Numbered from the stretch's first letter, positions 11,981 to 24,567 are shown. The stretch is DNA of 64,000 bases from Diplonema japonicum (GCA_964019335.1 OZ025673.1:62001-126000); one strand, 5' to 3'. Notes: a model not told the origin generated them from the sequence alone. Numbers and translations are program-made.

Positions 11981-12443
11981 TTACTCCTGTGCTTTACTTG
12001 ATAAAGGCTTACAGGGGAAGACTTTGAAAATAATCGACCCTTGAGAAGGGAAGGGGGAAATACTTTTACAAAAGAAAGAAAGCAGGGCCTCCGGTTCAAA
12101 ACGGGTTTTTTCCGACAGGACCTGCGGTATCTTCTAGCCGACCTTTGGAGCTTTTCTTCAAAATCTGTTGTGCGCACAAAGCGGAATCTTTCCTAATAAA
12201 ATAGCTCAGTTTTTAGTCTCGACAATAGCATTTGTTAAAACAAACCATAGGGTGTACGTTACTTGGGCGTCTCTGTTTTGAGCTTGAAAAGCGCAGTCAC
12301 CACAAGATTGATGTCTTCTCGCACTGAATTTTGAAAAGTTGCTCAACTCGAAAATTCACCTTGTGAATCATAAAAAAGGAGAAAAAATTCCTCACATAAA
12401 AAAAAGGGCAGGTAGCCGGTTTTCTCCTTACCTTACTGAGCCC

Positions 12444-12761
12444 TCACCGGGTCGACATGCCGTCTACCATGCTGTCACGATACCTCGATAGCCGCCGCAC
12501 AATCTCATGCAGGGAGATCTTCTTGTGTTCCTTTAACGACAATAAATGCGAGAGAGGGGGCTGCAAGAAATGGGTGGCTTGTTCTTTTTTTTTTCTCTTT
12601 TTTTTCATTCTTTTCTTTCGACAACATACAATAAACACGTCACCATACTTCAACTTGCACTCCTCTAAGTGCTTTATGTCCTTTTCTATCTCCTCGATCT
12701 CCTTGTCTATAATATTGAAGTGGGCCTGCAATAATGCGATTGCCTCTCCTACAGTGGCCAT
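12444..12761 (-). CDS. Small coiled-coil hypothetical protein (~69 aa after splicing)
   Basis: Heptad-like IDKEIEEIEKDIKHLEE. The in-frame A-rich segment 12531-12638 (GT...AG, 108 nt) is probably an intron. Confidence 0.5.
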   Translation of the reverse strand: MATVGEAIALLQAHFNIIDKEIEEIEKDIKHLEECKLKYGDVFIVCCRKKRMKKKRKKKEQATHFLQPPLSHLLSLKEHKKISLHEIVRRLSRYRDSMVDGMSTR

Positions 12762-13019
12762 ATTCCTGTGTCCTCGCCGTTCTATTGTTTGAATGTTGAA
12801 CGTTGCACGTGGGAAACTTCAAAGAAAAAAAAAAGGGTTATAAAAGGGGATGAAATAATAGAACAAAGAAGGAGGAAAAAAAAAGAAGAAAAAAAAAAAA
12901 GAAGGAATCAGCAAGGCTTACTACAGGCTGCCAAAAGCTCCTTTTTTTTTTAAAAAAATTCTTTTTTTTTTCTTTTTTTCTTTTGATCACTACAAATAGC
13001 AGGTGTTTTTCTGTGCAGC

Positions 13020-13056
<37 letters not shown>

Positions 13057-13870
13057 ATGTTTTCCTATTACAACAATTTTCTTTTTTTTTTTTTTTTTCC
13101 ATCTCCCAAATTCTTGGGGTGCCCTCAGGCATTGGAATTACAAAACATAAACATTGCCGCTCAGCAGGGCGCATAACACCCTATACAAATGGCGGTAAGA
13201 AGAGGAGAAAAAAAGAAATGGAGAGTATAAACAGGGGGAAAAGGGGGAAAGAAGAAAGGTACAAAACCACAATCTTGCAAAGCTTTTTTGACAGCTTGCA
13301 AAAGAGAAGAAAAAAAAAAGAAAAAAAAGAAAAGAAGAAAAAAACCTCCTTTTTCCTCGCACCCGTCTACTGCGCTCTATCTGGAAATCACTGATAAGCC
13401 CACAGATCCACTCCTGGACCTACAGAATAAAGGCATGCAACGGTCAAAAAAAGAAATGTGAACATAACAGAGAGATTATCTTTAAAAAAAAGAAATAAAG
13501 TAAAAGAAAAAAAAACTACTTTCCACTCACTGCCTCTTTCAGAGATAAAAACTTGTATGAAAGGTCACTTGGTCTACCTGGACACCCGCTTCTTTCTTTC
13601 ATTTTTTTGATTCTTTTCAACGTCAAGAATAAAAAGACTAAAAAAAAAAAGAGAAAAAAAAAAGAATAAGCATATACTACACAGCGCGGGGGACAGGGAC
13701 GTGCACACCATCACTAGAGTGGTGAACCATAGCATTTTGAAAAGAAAAAAAAGAGGGGGGGAAAGAAATCTTTCTTTTTGCATTGTTGCGCTGTTCACCA
13801 ACAGTCATGCTGCTTTTTCTTTTGTGTATGGGAAGGGGCTTCTCTTTCTTCCTCAATACCGTCCGTTTTT

Positions 13871-14556
13871 CTAGTTCAGCGCTAACCCGCACGAAGTGCA
13901 AAACCTTGTGAGGTAGGTGGCACTCTTTCGACAGTTTCCACATTTTCTACAAAGTGTTTTTCTTCCCCGCTCCCACTCCCCACATACTTGGATCCAACCC
14001 CGGCTGCTTTCATTTGCACTGCACGGCGTTCGGAGGTGGTGATAGAAAGGGTGCTCAAATCAAGAGAAGGTATGCTTGGGGGTGTGAAAACGGTGATGGT
14101 ACCAGGCCATGCATCGAACAAGGGGCCATCATGAATGTCCACCTCGGCTATGGTGCCCTTCAGGTCGCCAGGGATCTTCTTGACCACGCCAACAGCACCT
14201 TCAGAGAGAGTGATGCCGCTGTGCAGGTCGATCTTCTTGATGGTGATAATCTTCATGCCTATTTCAAGCTTCGTTGCTGCCGCCTTTTTAAGAGTTGTAC
14301 TTGTCAGAATAGGAGTACGGCCTGCGGTCGTAGCGGGAGTTGGTGCAGGGGTGCTGGCAAGCTGCGGCCTCCTTCTCCCTTTCACACTTACCTCCTCCGC
14401 CCCTACACTCCGTATCCCCAGCAACGCTGCCATGGCGTGCCCCGTGTCATAACCCCGTTCCCGCCCCAGCAGCCTGATGGACGGCTTCTCGTTCAACGAG
14501 TTCCCCACATTCATCAACGTCCCGTTGGTGTTCTCCCCGTTAGTCCCGTAGCCCAT
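13871..14556 (-). CDS. Hypothetical protein with an SH3-like small beta domain and a C-terminal zinc ribbon
   Basis: A 41-nt GTATG...TAG intron (13947-13987) shifts the frame to KCGNCRKSATYLTRFCTSCGLALN*, a CxxC...FCxxCG ribbon. Likely ATG 14556. Confidence 0.7.
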
Positions 14557-14929
14557 CGTGTCTATCACCTCCTTTATTGTGCAGTAAGGGGAGTGAGGGG
14601 AAATAATAAATAAGTTGTCTTGATTTTAGTGCCATGAAATGCCAAGTCCCAAGCTTTGGTTCCTGACCCTGGCCTTTTCGCCCCCCAAGAGGTGGAGATC
14701 AGTGCTATTCACGGCAAAAAGGGTCAAGAAGAAGCTGCGGTGGTGTTTTTCCTGACTTCCAGCATTTCTGAGTTCAAGAAAAACTCACGGATGCGAAAAA
14801 GACGCGGGCACAGTGTTGAATTTGCTGGTCGCACGATTAAGTACAAGAAAGGAATAAAAATTGGGGGGGGGGGAAATAATCAAACAAAAAGTCTTTATTC
14901 TAATAAAGAGAACAAACAACTACAAAAGT

Positions 14930-16993
14930 CTAAAAAAGTGGCAACGGTGTCTTCCCCTTCACAGGGCCAGGATGGCTGTGGCTCTTGGTGGCCAGCTTTT
15001 GTGGATTTCTGATGAAACGCTGCGCCGGCGGTTCGTTGAGAAGGATTTCTGAACGGGGCGGTGGGGGGTTGCTCCGCACGGGCTGCACGATTATATCACG
15101 TCCTTCACGTACGAGGGCCATCTCCTCATAGTGGTTGTGTCCCTCGACGGCGACAGTGGAGGTCATCAGCAGGCACCGCTCATGGAGGCATTTCGCGCAC
15201 CACTTCATGCAATACTTGTCGAGTCCCTTCTTGCAGGTGTTGCGCAGTTCCTTCACATTCTTCTCATTGCTTCGTATCACGACCTCTATCCGTGTACCGT
15301 TCTGCACCTTAGCCACCTTCTCGACATCCACAGCGTCCACTGCACAATGCACCGCTTCCGCGATGTCCCACTGGATCGCCTGCTTGAAGATCTCTTCGTC
15401 GTTCATCTTCGTGAGCAGCGCATCCACCGTGAAGCAGCACCTTATCCCCTTGTCCTCGTCGTGCCCGTTCCAAGCCATATCATCCTGTTGGTGTGAAGGG
15501 TGCACTGTTACCGCGACAAACACTTAACTACAACACTACTCTATGCTCACCGTCAGCGTCTCCAGGCCCCGTCCCACGTATCCCGTTCTTATCTTCACAA
15601 TCTTGCACTCTTGCTCGCTCAACATTTCGTGAAGCTTCTGGATCGCAGGCTTGCTGAATGCCACCAGTGTTGTGGGCCCCTTGGGAAGCGCGGAGTGCCT
15701 CTTGGTCCTCCTTGTCACCACTACAACAGGGCAAGCAATGCCATATGATTTGCAAACAGACAAGCAGCCCAGCTCACGCTCAGCTTCGACAACGTCGCCC
15801 AGCGCTGCGTACCACCTGCCGTTGAAGACGAAAGGTCCCACCGCGTCACTCAGCTCAGTGGGCATTACATGCTTTGCTCCAAGCACAGCCTTGCGGATGT
15901 CAGAGGGGACAGACTCGAAAAGGTTGATGTTAGGGTTCCACAGCAGCTCTAGCAATCCCTCGGTGGGCTCCATGGGGTTGTTGGACAGGTTCACCTTTGT
16001 AGCCCCGACCTCTTTGTTGGTCACGAAGCTTGTCAGCATGTTCCCGCTCAGATCCAACGTCTCGAGAAGCGTGGCATTCTTTAGCAGCTTGCGCGCATCA
16101 CGGATGACGCCGTTGCCACCGTTGTTACCATGCAGCCCCACCTTCCTCAACCACCCACTGTGCTTGTGCAGTGCAGCAACGACACGCAGCACCCCGTCTT
16201 GCATGTTGTTGTCGTTCAGCTCAAGCTCCTCGATCTTCGCGTTGGTTGCTGAAAGATACGTCGCGAGCAGCCCGCCCCCCTCGGGCCCTAGGCTGTTCCT
16301 CCCAAGGTGGAGGATTCTCAAGTTCGGGAGGTTATCGAGGAAACTAATGTTCGCGCCCAGGTCGTTCCACGAAGCATGCAGGTCCACTAGGTTAGGGTTC
16401 TTCAAGGCCTCCAAGACGCCAGTGTAGCGTGAGCCCAGTTCGTTGTGTGTAACGTCAAGCTCCGTGAGGGTGTGATTGGCAAGAAGGTCTTCGAGACACT
16501 TCTTGAAGTCCTCAGGGTGCTCCATGTCCTCTCCTAAGTGGCGCAGGGCCACTGACTTAAGGGAGGAGCATGCGGCGATGGGTGCCAGGTACTTGTCAGG
16601 CGAGGGACCGTCCTCAACGTTGCTGCCTGAGATGTTAATTTTTGTGAATTGGAAACTTTCGTTCTTCAGAAGGGCGGCCCACTGAGGGGGCATGCCTGCA
16701 GCGTCCCAGGACAGGGCATCGCAGTCAGCCACGTCAAGATGAACCTCAAGGGGCTCAGGCCTTTGCAGCTTGCTGAGGATCTCAATGTGATGCGGAAAGA
16801 ACCGTTCCCTGAAGGCAAGCTCCAACTTTGTCGTTCTCCCCTCCAAGCTTGACAACACCTTGTTAAGGCCGCCTAACCCGCCTTTGATCTTGCCCCCAAA
16901 CACAGTAGGGGGGTCGACCTTGAGGGCCACCTCGACGGAAGGAGCGTCGTCACAAATCGCAGATGCAGCCGCATCAGGTGTTAAGGGCGCCAT
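14930..16993 (-). CDS. RNI-like leucine-rich repeat protein with an uncharacterised C-terminal domain
   Basis: LxxLxLxxNxL repeats (LTELDVTHNEL, LRILHLGRNSL, IEELELNDNNM, LETLDLSGNML). A 66-nt GTGAG...CAG intron (15485-15550) joins ORF 15536..16993 in frame to 14930..15523. Confidence 0.75.
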
Positions 16994-18246
16994 GGTGTCT
17001 GCGTGGGTAGAAGAAAGGGAAAGAAAAAAATAATAAAATTAAAAAAGAACAAGTACCGCAGACACAAACATGGACATCGAAAACTGTAAGAAACACGTAA
17101 AAGAAACAGGAGGGGGAGCTCGGCTGTGAGGCATGTGACATTTCACAAGCCTACAGCAGGCGCCCGTCTTGCCGAAGAGTGCCATCACAACGAAAGGGTG
17201 TTGGAAAGTGTCCCCCATCCTACTCGTCTGCAGCAGTGTTTTATCGAACAACACAAGGCGACATTTAGTCTACCAACCAACCAAGACACAACAGGGAGTA
17301 GCACTACAAAACAAAATAACCGAAGGTCGAAGAGAGCTGTAAAAGAAAGGTAATGGTAGAAAAAAATCTGGGCCCCTAACCTTCAAGAAGATACAAACTT
17401 CATTGAGCATTACCGCACCCTTTGTCCGGAACCACGAAGCCAGAAGAGTACTTTTATGAAATAATGCCGGGCCAAGAAAATAAACTACTATCAAAAAAAA
17501 AAAAAAAAAAAAAAAACCCACCGGGAAAAAAAGGAAAAAGTCAAACCTTGTACATCACGAAACGGGAGAAGGTTTCTTTTTCCTCTTTTTTTAGTTTAGG
17601 TTTTTGCTTATGGACGAAAACGGAGAAAATGTTCGATAGGGTGTGACTTCCCATACTTACACGTTGTTTTGTTTTGTTTCTCCGCCCATCAAGCCCTTTT
17701 TAGTTCGAAAGTCGTTTTTTTTTTTTTTTTCCGACTTGCTAGAATGAAATAAATTACCAAGTTCGTCCTCAAAAAAGGCCAATTTAGAAAAAAAGAACAG
17801 AACAAAAAAATAAGTTCTAAAAAAAAAAAACTTATGGTTCGCGGGACCACAGCGCAACAAAGCGCCCTCTTCCCCCCCCCCCCCCCCAGCTTTTCGTTGT
17901 TCCTTCCCCCCCCCCTCTTTTTCTTTTTTTGAGTAACGTCCACACTCTTCTCAAAATAGGAAATAAACAAACGGCGTGAATTCTGACATATATCTTGTTC
18001 AACTACTATTGCCAGCCTGCGCACAAAAAAGTGGTGCTGGCCACCTTTTACTTAGAAAGATTTAAGTTCTTTTTCTTATCGTGCAGCAGGGTAACTCGTG
18101 AACATCCCCCCCTCCCCTTCCCCGGACAGCTCATATGCATGCGCTTGTGGGAAAGAAATTTTGAAGATAAAAAACAGGGGACTGCAAGATAGGGTAACAC
18201 TTACGCAACAAGGGCACACGGCATTGCCTGCATACATCATTGTTGT

Positions 18247-20184
18247 CTACAGGAGTTCATTGTCGAACCAGTACTCACAGTACTCTTTATGATTGCCTGT
18301 GATGTAGGTGATGTTGGGGAATGAGGAGGACGTGTCCCCAAATACAACTGCCGTGTCTGTGACATTGTCATAGGCAGGCCAGCTGGGCAAGTTGGGGACG
18401 TAGGGGATCGACCCGTGTGCGAAGGACGCCCAGTACGCAACCATGTTCCTCGAGAGCTCAAGCTCGCCCGGCCCAGGAAGCTCAAAGGAGTCGTACCACA
18501 CCCAAGGCACCTCTGATCCGTGGAAGGCTCCTACAGACTGAGTGTCGTCGGCATTGATGCTTACCTCCGGTGTGTGGTTGAAGAAGTACATGTAGGGCAC
18601 CATCCCGGCATCGGCCATCATCTGCCCCGCCTGCCTCGCGTAGCACTGCAGCACGAAGTCGCCTATGGTGTATGACATGGCCCACCACCAGGATGTCACA
18701 GCAGCGATCCCGCCGCCAGGCCCGTACATGTCCGCGAACTTTGCTGCCACCTCAGCACCCCATATCGGGGTCGCCCAGTTCAGATAAGAGGTCCTGTTTG
18801 TGAAGGACTCCCTGTCGACCCACCTGTGCCCCATCCCCGTTGGTGTGCTGACGTTGTCCCCATGCCCCGTCTGGTAGCTTGTGAAGGTGCTCCCCTCGTC
18901 TCTGTTTGTTCCAAAAATGACCGGTACCTTCGCCACCTTACCCTGTTTTAGTAACTCGATGGGGCTCTCCGTCAGCTCCACCCCGTCAATCACAGGCGCC
19001 CATGCGCACTTGTCCATCGTGTCGCCGTAGGGCAGCTCGAAGGGTGCGTACTGCGCCATCCCAAAGCCACCGCCTGCAGGGTACAGGATGTTGTAGGTGG
19101 GCACCGTTAGCAGGCACTTCAGGATGTCCTCCGACGTGGTGTACCCCGGGCACACGGAGGTGTCGTTCGTGTATAAAAATATGTTCTTCAAGACTTTCAT
19201 GCTGTTTGCGTGTGCTGTGTCCCATGTCTTGTATGTCCACCTGTTGAAGGCACCCGACTCGATGATTGCCTTGCTGATGTACGGTTGGCTCTTCGGCATC
19301 ACTAGGTGGGTCGAGACTGAGGTGGCACCAGCAGACTCCCCCCACAGGACTATCTTGTCAGGGTTGCCGCCGAACGTCGCGGCGTACGTTTTCAAAAACC
19401 TCAGCCCAGCGCGTTGGTCCTGCATGCCGTAGTTCCCGGTGGTGTTGGAAACGTCGCGCTGCTTGAGCTCAGGGAGGGCAATGAAGCCGAATGGGCCGAC
19501 CCTGTACCCGATGGTGACATAGACCACGCTCTGTGCCTCAGGAGTGGTGGGCGCTTCGAAATTCTCGACATCATTACTAGAGCCCCACATGTACTGCCCT
19601 GCAGGGAGGTACATCATGATGGCATAGCCGCCGGGAGGAGGCGAGGCACGCGGGACATAGAGGTTGAGGTAGAGACAGTCTTCAGAAGTGTTGGAGATGC
19701 CTTGGATGGACGCCCATGCGGGGCCCAGCTGGGCACAGGTGGGACGGAAGTTTACAGTATCCAAAACACCGTCCCACGGAAGTGGATCTTGGGGGGACCT
19801 GAAGCGGAGGCTGCCAACGGGTGGTGCTGCATATGGAACCCCTCGGAAGTACTTGTGGGAGCTGGTCGGGAGCGAGTAGCCCTTGATCATGCCCAGACCG
19901 TTGATGTTGATGAACTCGTCTGTCCTGTTTGGCACCTGCACGCCGCAAAGGCTCTCCATCTCCGTGTAGGTGCAACTGGACCCCACCATGCCTGAAAAGA
20001 ACTTCACATTGCATGCAGTGCACTGCCCGGGTGTCTTGCACTGGTCGAATTGAGTTCCATTGCCACAGTAAGCAGGGTTTGCACACAGGTCATTGATTGC
20101 AGCCAGGCACTTCGCACTTCCCTGACCCTTCGCACTGCCTTGAACAATTCCACAGAGACCAAGAATGAGTAGTATTTCTCTCAT
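18247..20184 (-). CDS. Secreted type-B carboxylesterase/lipase (cholinesterase-like)
   Basis: Signal peptide; GVPYAAPPVGSLRF, SEDCLYLNLY, GNYGMQDQ, FGGNP, GESAG nucleophile, NRDEG, AFHGSE. Confidence 0.93.
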   Translation of the reverse strand: MREILLILGLCGIVQGSAKGQGSAKCLAAINDLCANPAYCGNGTQFDQCKTPGQCTACNVKFFSGMVGSSCTYTEMESLCGVQVPNRTDEFININGLGMIKGYSLPTSSHKYFRGVPYAAPPVGSLRFRSPQDPLPWDGVLDTVNFRPTCAQLGPAWASIQGISNTSEDCLYLNLYVPRASPPPGGYAIMMYLPAGQYMWGSSNDVENFEAPTTPEAQSVVYVTIGYRVGPFGFIALPELKQRDVSNTTGNYGMQDQRAGLRFLKTYAATFGGNPDKIVLWGESAGATSVSTHLVMPKSQPYISKAIIESGAFNRWTYKTWDTAHANSMKVLKNIFLYTNDTSVCPGYTTSEDILKCLLTVPTYNILYPAGGGFGMAQYAPFELPYGDTMDKCAWAPVIDGVELTESPIELLKQGKVAKVPVIFGTNRDEGSTFTSYQTGHGDNVSTPTGMGHRWVDRESFTNRTSYLNWATPIWGAEVAAKFADMYGPGGGIAAVTSWWWAMSYTIGDFVLQCYARQAGQMMADAGMVPYMYFFNHTPEVSINADDTQSVGAFHGSEVPWVWYDSFELPGPGELELSRNMVAYWASFAHGSIPYVPNLPSWPAYDNVTDTAVVFGDTSSSFPNITYITGNHKEYCEYWFDNELL

Positions 20185-20546
20185 TTTCTTTTTTTAATAA
20201 ATCTATAGAGACATGGTCGTTAGATAAGGGAACAGGGGGAGGGGAAGGGGAAAGAAATCTAAAGCGTGGGGGGAAATGGGGTGGGAAAGGAGATTTGTTA
20301 TAAATTCTACTCGTTTTCATTTTTCCTTTTTAATCTTTTTCTTCTTTTTCATAGCTCTACAAAAATTGACAAAAATATATATAAGTACAGTTTTTCTTTT
20401 TCTTTTTCAAATTAGGAGAAAAGGGTTTTCTTTCTTTTCTTTTTTTTTTTTTAAAATGTTGTTTACTTGTTACTTCTTTTATTCTTTTTCTTTTTTGCGA
20501 GGTTTTAACTCGACTAGTTGCGTAGGGTGCTGTCCCTGGCTTGGTA

Positions 20547-20582
<36 letters not shown>

Positions 20583-20783
20583 GGCTCGGAAAAAAAGGGT
20601 GGGGGAGGTGAGAAGAAACGGTGTTCGGAAAGAAATATCGTTCTTTTTCTTCTTTTTCTTTTTCTCTTGTTTTCTTTTCCACATAATCAAAGTACATGTT
20701 TCCTTTCGTTAGCATCCCCTTCCTCTGGCAGAAGAGTATCCATCCCGTTCTCCCTTTAACACTTGGGGGGAAAAAAATACAAT

Positions 20784-23700
20784 CTAAAAAGGAGGCGGCG
20801 TGGTCATTGAAGCATGATGGCTGTAAACAGTTAGTACGTGTGGTGATGACATACATGAAGAGGCTCTCTTCCGAGTGGCTTCCTGAGACGCTCCTATCGG
20901 GGATGTGCAAGAACTCCCCTTCGTCTACATCAGATGAGGTGCTCTCGCTGCACCTAGTGCCAATAGCCCGCCTACGGATCCCTGTGCCGAGGTGTCGTGG
21001 TGCAGGGCTCACGAAGTTCGAAGAGGACATAGATAGCCTCTCGCACACGGCAGTGCTTTTGAAGGCCACACCACTGTTGGCAGAGAGCGAGCTGTTCCCG
21101 CTCCCACTCCTGCACGGCACCCGCAGAGGAGCTCCTGGCACGCTGAACTGACTCCCATTATATCCTTGCGGTGTTTCATGCTTTGTCCCCGGGCTGCTGT
21201 AGCACGTTCCCATGCTCTCCGTTGCAAAGGACAGCTCCCTTTGCGAAGTGCACACCAGACGGTTGGGGGAGGGCGATGCCTTCCCGAACTCCAAGCTTCC
21301 AAATGACAGCCCTCTCTTCGTGTTGAAAGATTCCCTTTGATGCTGCCTGAAGGGCGCCCCCGGTGCCGAATCCCCGCTTGCACTGCGGCAGCTGGCAGAC
21401 GACGCATACGACAGCTCCCGTTGCGCAGCGCCCATCAAGGAGCCCAGGCCCTCGCGTGTCCTGCAGGGCGCACCAGGCACAGACAAGCTCCTAGAGACAG
21501 AATCAAAAGGCGCCGTCCCGAAGGAGATCCCACCAAGTGAGATGTCACGCTCAGCACACCCGAAGGACAGCTCCCGCTCAGCGCTGCTTGCTGTCAGCAA
21601 GGAGCACGTGTCCCTGTGCTCGCGCAGTTTAACAGGCGCGTTCGTCATACTGATGTCGCATAGATCATCTGCTACCTGGCCATCAGTAGCCAGTGCAAGA
21701 AGGGCGTCTTCAAAATTCTGCGGGTGCAAGGGGGGGCTGCAGCCTGTTGCCCTGCTGCTTACTGAGTCTGCACGCTCAATGCTGTCCACCTTCTTATGTG
21801 GCCTGCCTGTGACGGGGCAGAACGGGAAGCGCGCAAAATCGCAGTTTGGACACTTGTCAACTCTGATCACAGGTGACTGCGACTTCGAGGAATGGCGTGG
21901 CGGCAATCTGTGAGGCATTGTAAGCTAGTGAGGCATACCCTAACGACCCGCTGCTGCGCCCTGGGGTGCCGGACTGCATGCGTGTGAACGCTTCCTCGGC
22001 AGATTTCAGCATCTCCTTGTCGTCCTGTGGAGGGTAACAAAATACATGAACCATACGTCATCTCTAGGCAGGTCGGTGCACGAAGAGACGGACTGTCCCC
22101 TTTCCGGAGACCTTGCTAGCAAGTCGTAGAACGCGTTGCGCTTCACTGCCTGGCACTGCGGGGTTCTGTTGACCTGCAAGTCAGAGAGGCAAGTGGGGGA
22201 GGTTACAAGGCGTGGTTGCACCTCCTGTGGCTGCGGGGTCACAGGTTCATCCTCAGGGTCCGTGAAGGTGAACACAGCATCGTGGTCTGTGATGCCGTGA
22301 ACGTGAGTGAGCTTTGTGATTTCGTTAAAAACTGCCTGCACGACAGGAGGGTACTGCCGCCTGCTGCCTTGCAGCGCCGTGAGCTGGGAGAGGGTTTTTT
22401 TTGCGTCAGGTTCAAAGTTGAACATCGAATGCAGCTCGATAGGTGTGAAGTACCGCAGGACAGAGGCGTTGCGTGTCGTTTTGCGTTCTATGCACTCCTT
22501 AAAGATCTCCTGCCTGTAGGTATATTCCTCCACCCCACCACATGTCATGAGCCTGTAAACTACAACCCTTTCTGTCTGCCCTATTCTGTGCGCCCTGCCG
22601 ATGGCTTGTGAGTCCTTGGTTGGGTTCCAGTCAGGGTCGAAGATCACCACCCTGCTAGCACCGGTGAGTGTGAGCCCTACGCCCCCCACACCAGTGCTCA
22701 GCAGCATGGCATCGATGCTGGTGTCGTTGTTGAACCTGTCCACGTAAGCTTGCCTGTCGCGCATCTTCGTTGTGCCATCGAGCTTCATGAGCTGCACATC
22801 GGGGTACACACAACGCAGGACTGCCGCAATAATACTCAGCATCTTCACACTCTGCGAGAAGATCAGCATTCTCTGCCCTTCTTCTTTGGACTTTTCATAA
22901 ATCTTGCATAGCACCTCAAGCTTCCCACAGTCATACAGAATGGAGCCGTACTCCTCCGTCCTCTCCGTAGGGACGAGCAGCCGCGACGCGAGCTCCTCTT
23001 GCGAGTGCTGCAGCCACAAGTGGTTGCACAGCTTCCTCAGATTCGTGAGCATGCACACAGCGCCGCGGTGTTCCTTCTTCTGGATGCACTCCTTCACCTC
23101 GTTACCTTCGACGTATTCCGTGTACACCTTTTTCTGTAAGTTGCTCATACTGCACCACACCACGACGTCCACCTTGGGAGGCGGCTCTGCCTGGCCATTC
23201 ATGACATCCTTCTTTCGTTGTATGATGAAAGGTGCGTACAACCTCCGCAGCCTTTCCGTCACCTGTTGGGAGGTCTGCTTCACTGCATCGGAAGCATTCC
23301 TCAACATCCCCTTTCTTATGGGCTCTGTGAAGGTTCTTTTGAAGGCAGCTCCGTTGCCTCCCAAGATACGTGTGTCAATGAAGGAGTAGAGTGCCCAGAA
23401 TTCGTCCAAAGAGTTCTGCACAGGTGTGCCTGTTAGGATGAAGCGCACTCTACTGTTGAGTGCTTTGGCGGCAATAGCTAGCTGCGTAGATGTGTTCTTG
23501 ATGAAGTGCCCTTCATCGAGCGCCACGTAGTCCCACACCACGTTGTTCAAAAGCTGTCCCCTTCTGTTCATGGACTTCAGCATGCCGTACGTTGTCAGGA
23601 GCACCATAGGCGGAGATGTGTCTCCCCTGAAGTACTCAATGATGCTCCCTCGCAGGGCAAGCGGTGTTTCCGATTGCAAGGTTGCCATCCGCAACTTGGG

Positions 23701-24567
23701 ACACCAAGCCTTCTGGTGAGCCTGCCAACTTGCAAGCACTGTAGGAGGTACCACCACGATAGCCTTGCTCCCGTGCCCGCTGTGAAGCACCGCTTCCAAA
23801 AAGGTTAAGAGCTGCACGGTCTTCCCCAAACCCATCTCATCAGCCATGATGCCGCCCCCTGCACACCCAGTCATGGCGGAACAGGACTGCCTCCAGAACC
23901 ATGCAACCCCTTCCTTCTGATGTGGGAACAGGCGTAACCATGTGGAGATAGGCACATCTAGGAACCTCTCGGCAAGCTCGTCATCCTCCTTACCAAGCCA
24001 TTGTATGCGTGCCACTTGCAACCTGCAGATCAGCATCACTTCAACATCTACCTCCTTCAAGTACTCCACCTCGTCATGGTCCAGGGTCCTTGCCTCCGGC
24101 GTAGCGGCGTCGTTGTCCATGAGATCACCTTGCTCGGAGCTTTCCTCGTCATCGCTGTCCCCCTCCTCCGCTTCGAGGGAGGACTCCTCGTCGTCGAAGG
24201 AGCACACACGCCTGTTGGGCCTGCTCTCCGAGTACATCAGATCGTCATCGTCAACTGCCATCTCCGTGTCACCGTCGGCGTCCTCATACGGCATCTCTGA
24301 GTCCTCGTAGTCGATGAGCGCCTCCCTGTATGCACTCATGTCAAAGCACTCGCCTGAACCTGTGCTGCTCAGCGGTGACGGGGTCACAAGGAACTTCTCC
24401 TCCCCATCCTTCGTCTGCAGTATCAAGCACCGCATCTTGTTTTCATTGCGCAGGACATGCATCCTGCCGGCTTCCTCTTCCACGACTACAGCTGCCACAG
24501 CAGTCTCCGCTAGCCGCTCCTCATGCGATCTGGTTGGGGCGTCAAATAACTTGAACCGCCTACTCAT
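20784..24567 (-). CDS. SNF2-family ATPase (ERCC6/ERCC6L-like) with a long Ser-rich C-terminal tail
   Basis: GGIMADEMGLGKT, WDYVALDEGH, LTGTPVQN, LIFSQ, DPDWNP...RAHRIGQ. Introns 22025-22056 (32 nt) and 21908-21938 (31 nt) fuse ORF 22006..24567 to 20479..21918. Intron 20821-20854 (34 nt, contains TACTAAC) gives the stop at 20784. Confidence 0.85.

Noticed and set aside
20479-21918. ORF 20479..21918 as an independent gene
   Set aside because: Its ATG lies inside a 31-nt intron, two introns join it in frame to the SNF2 ORF, and its poly-Phe end is removed by intron 20821-20854.
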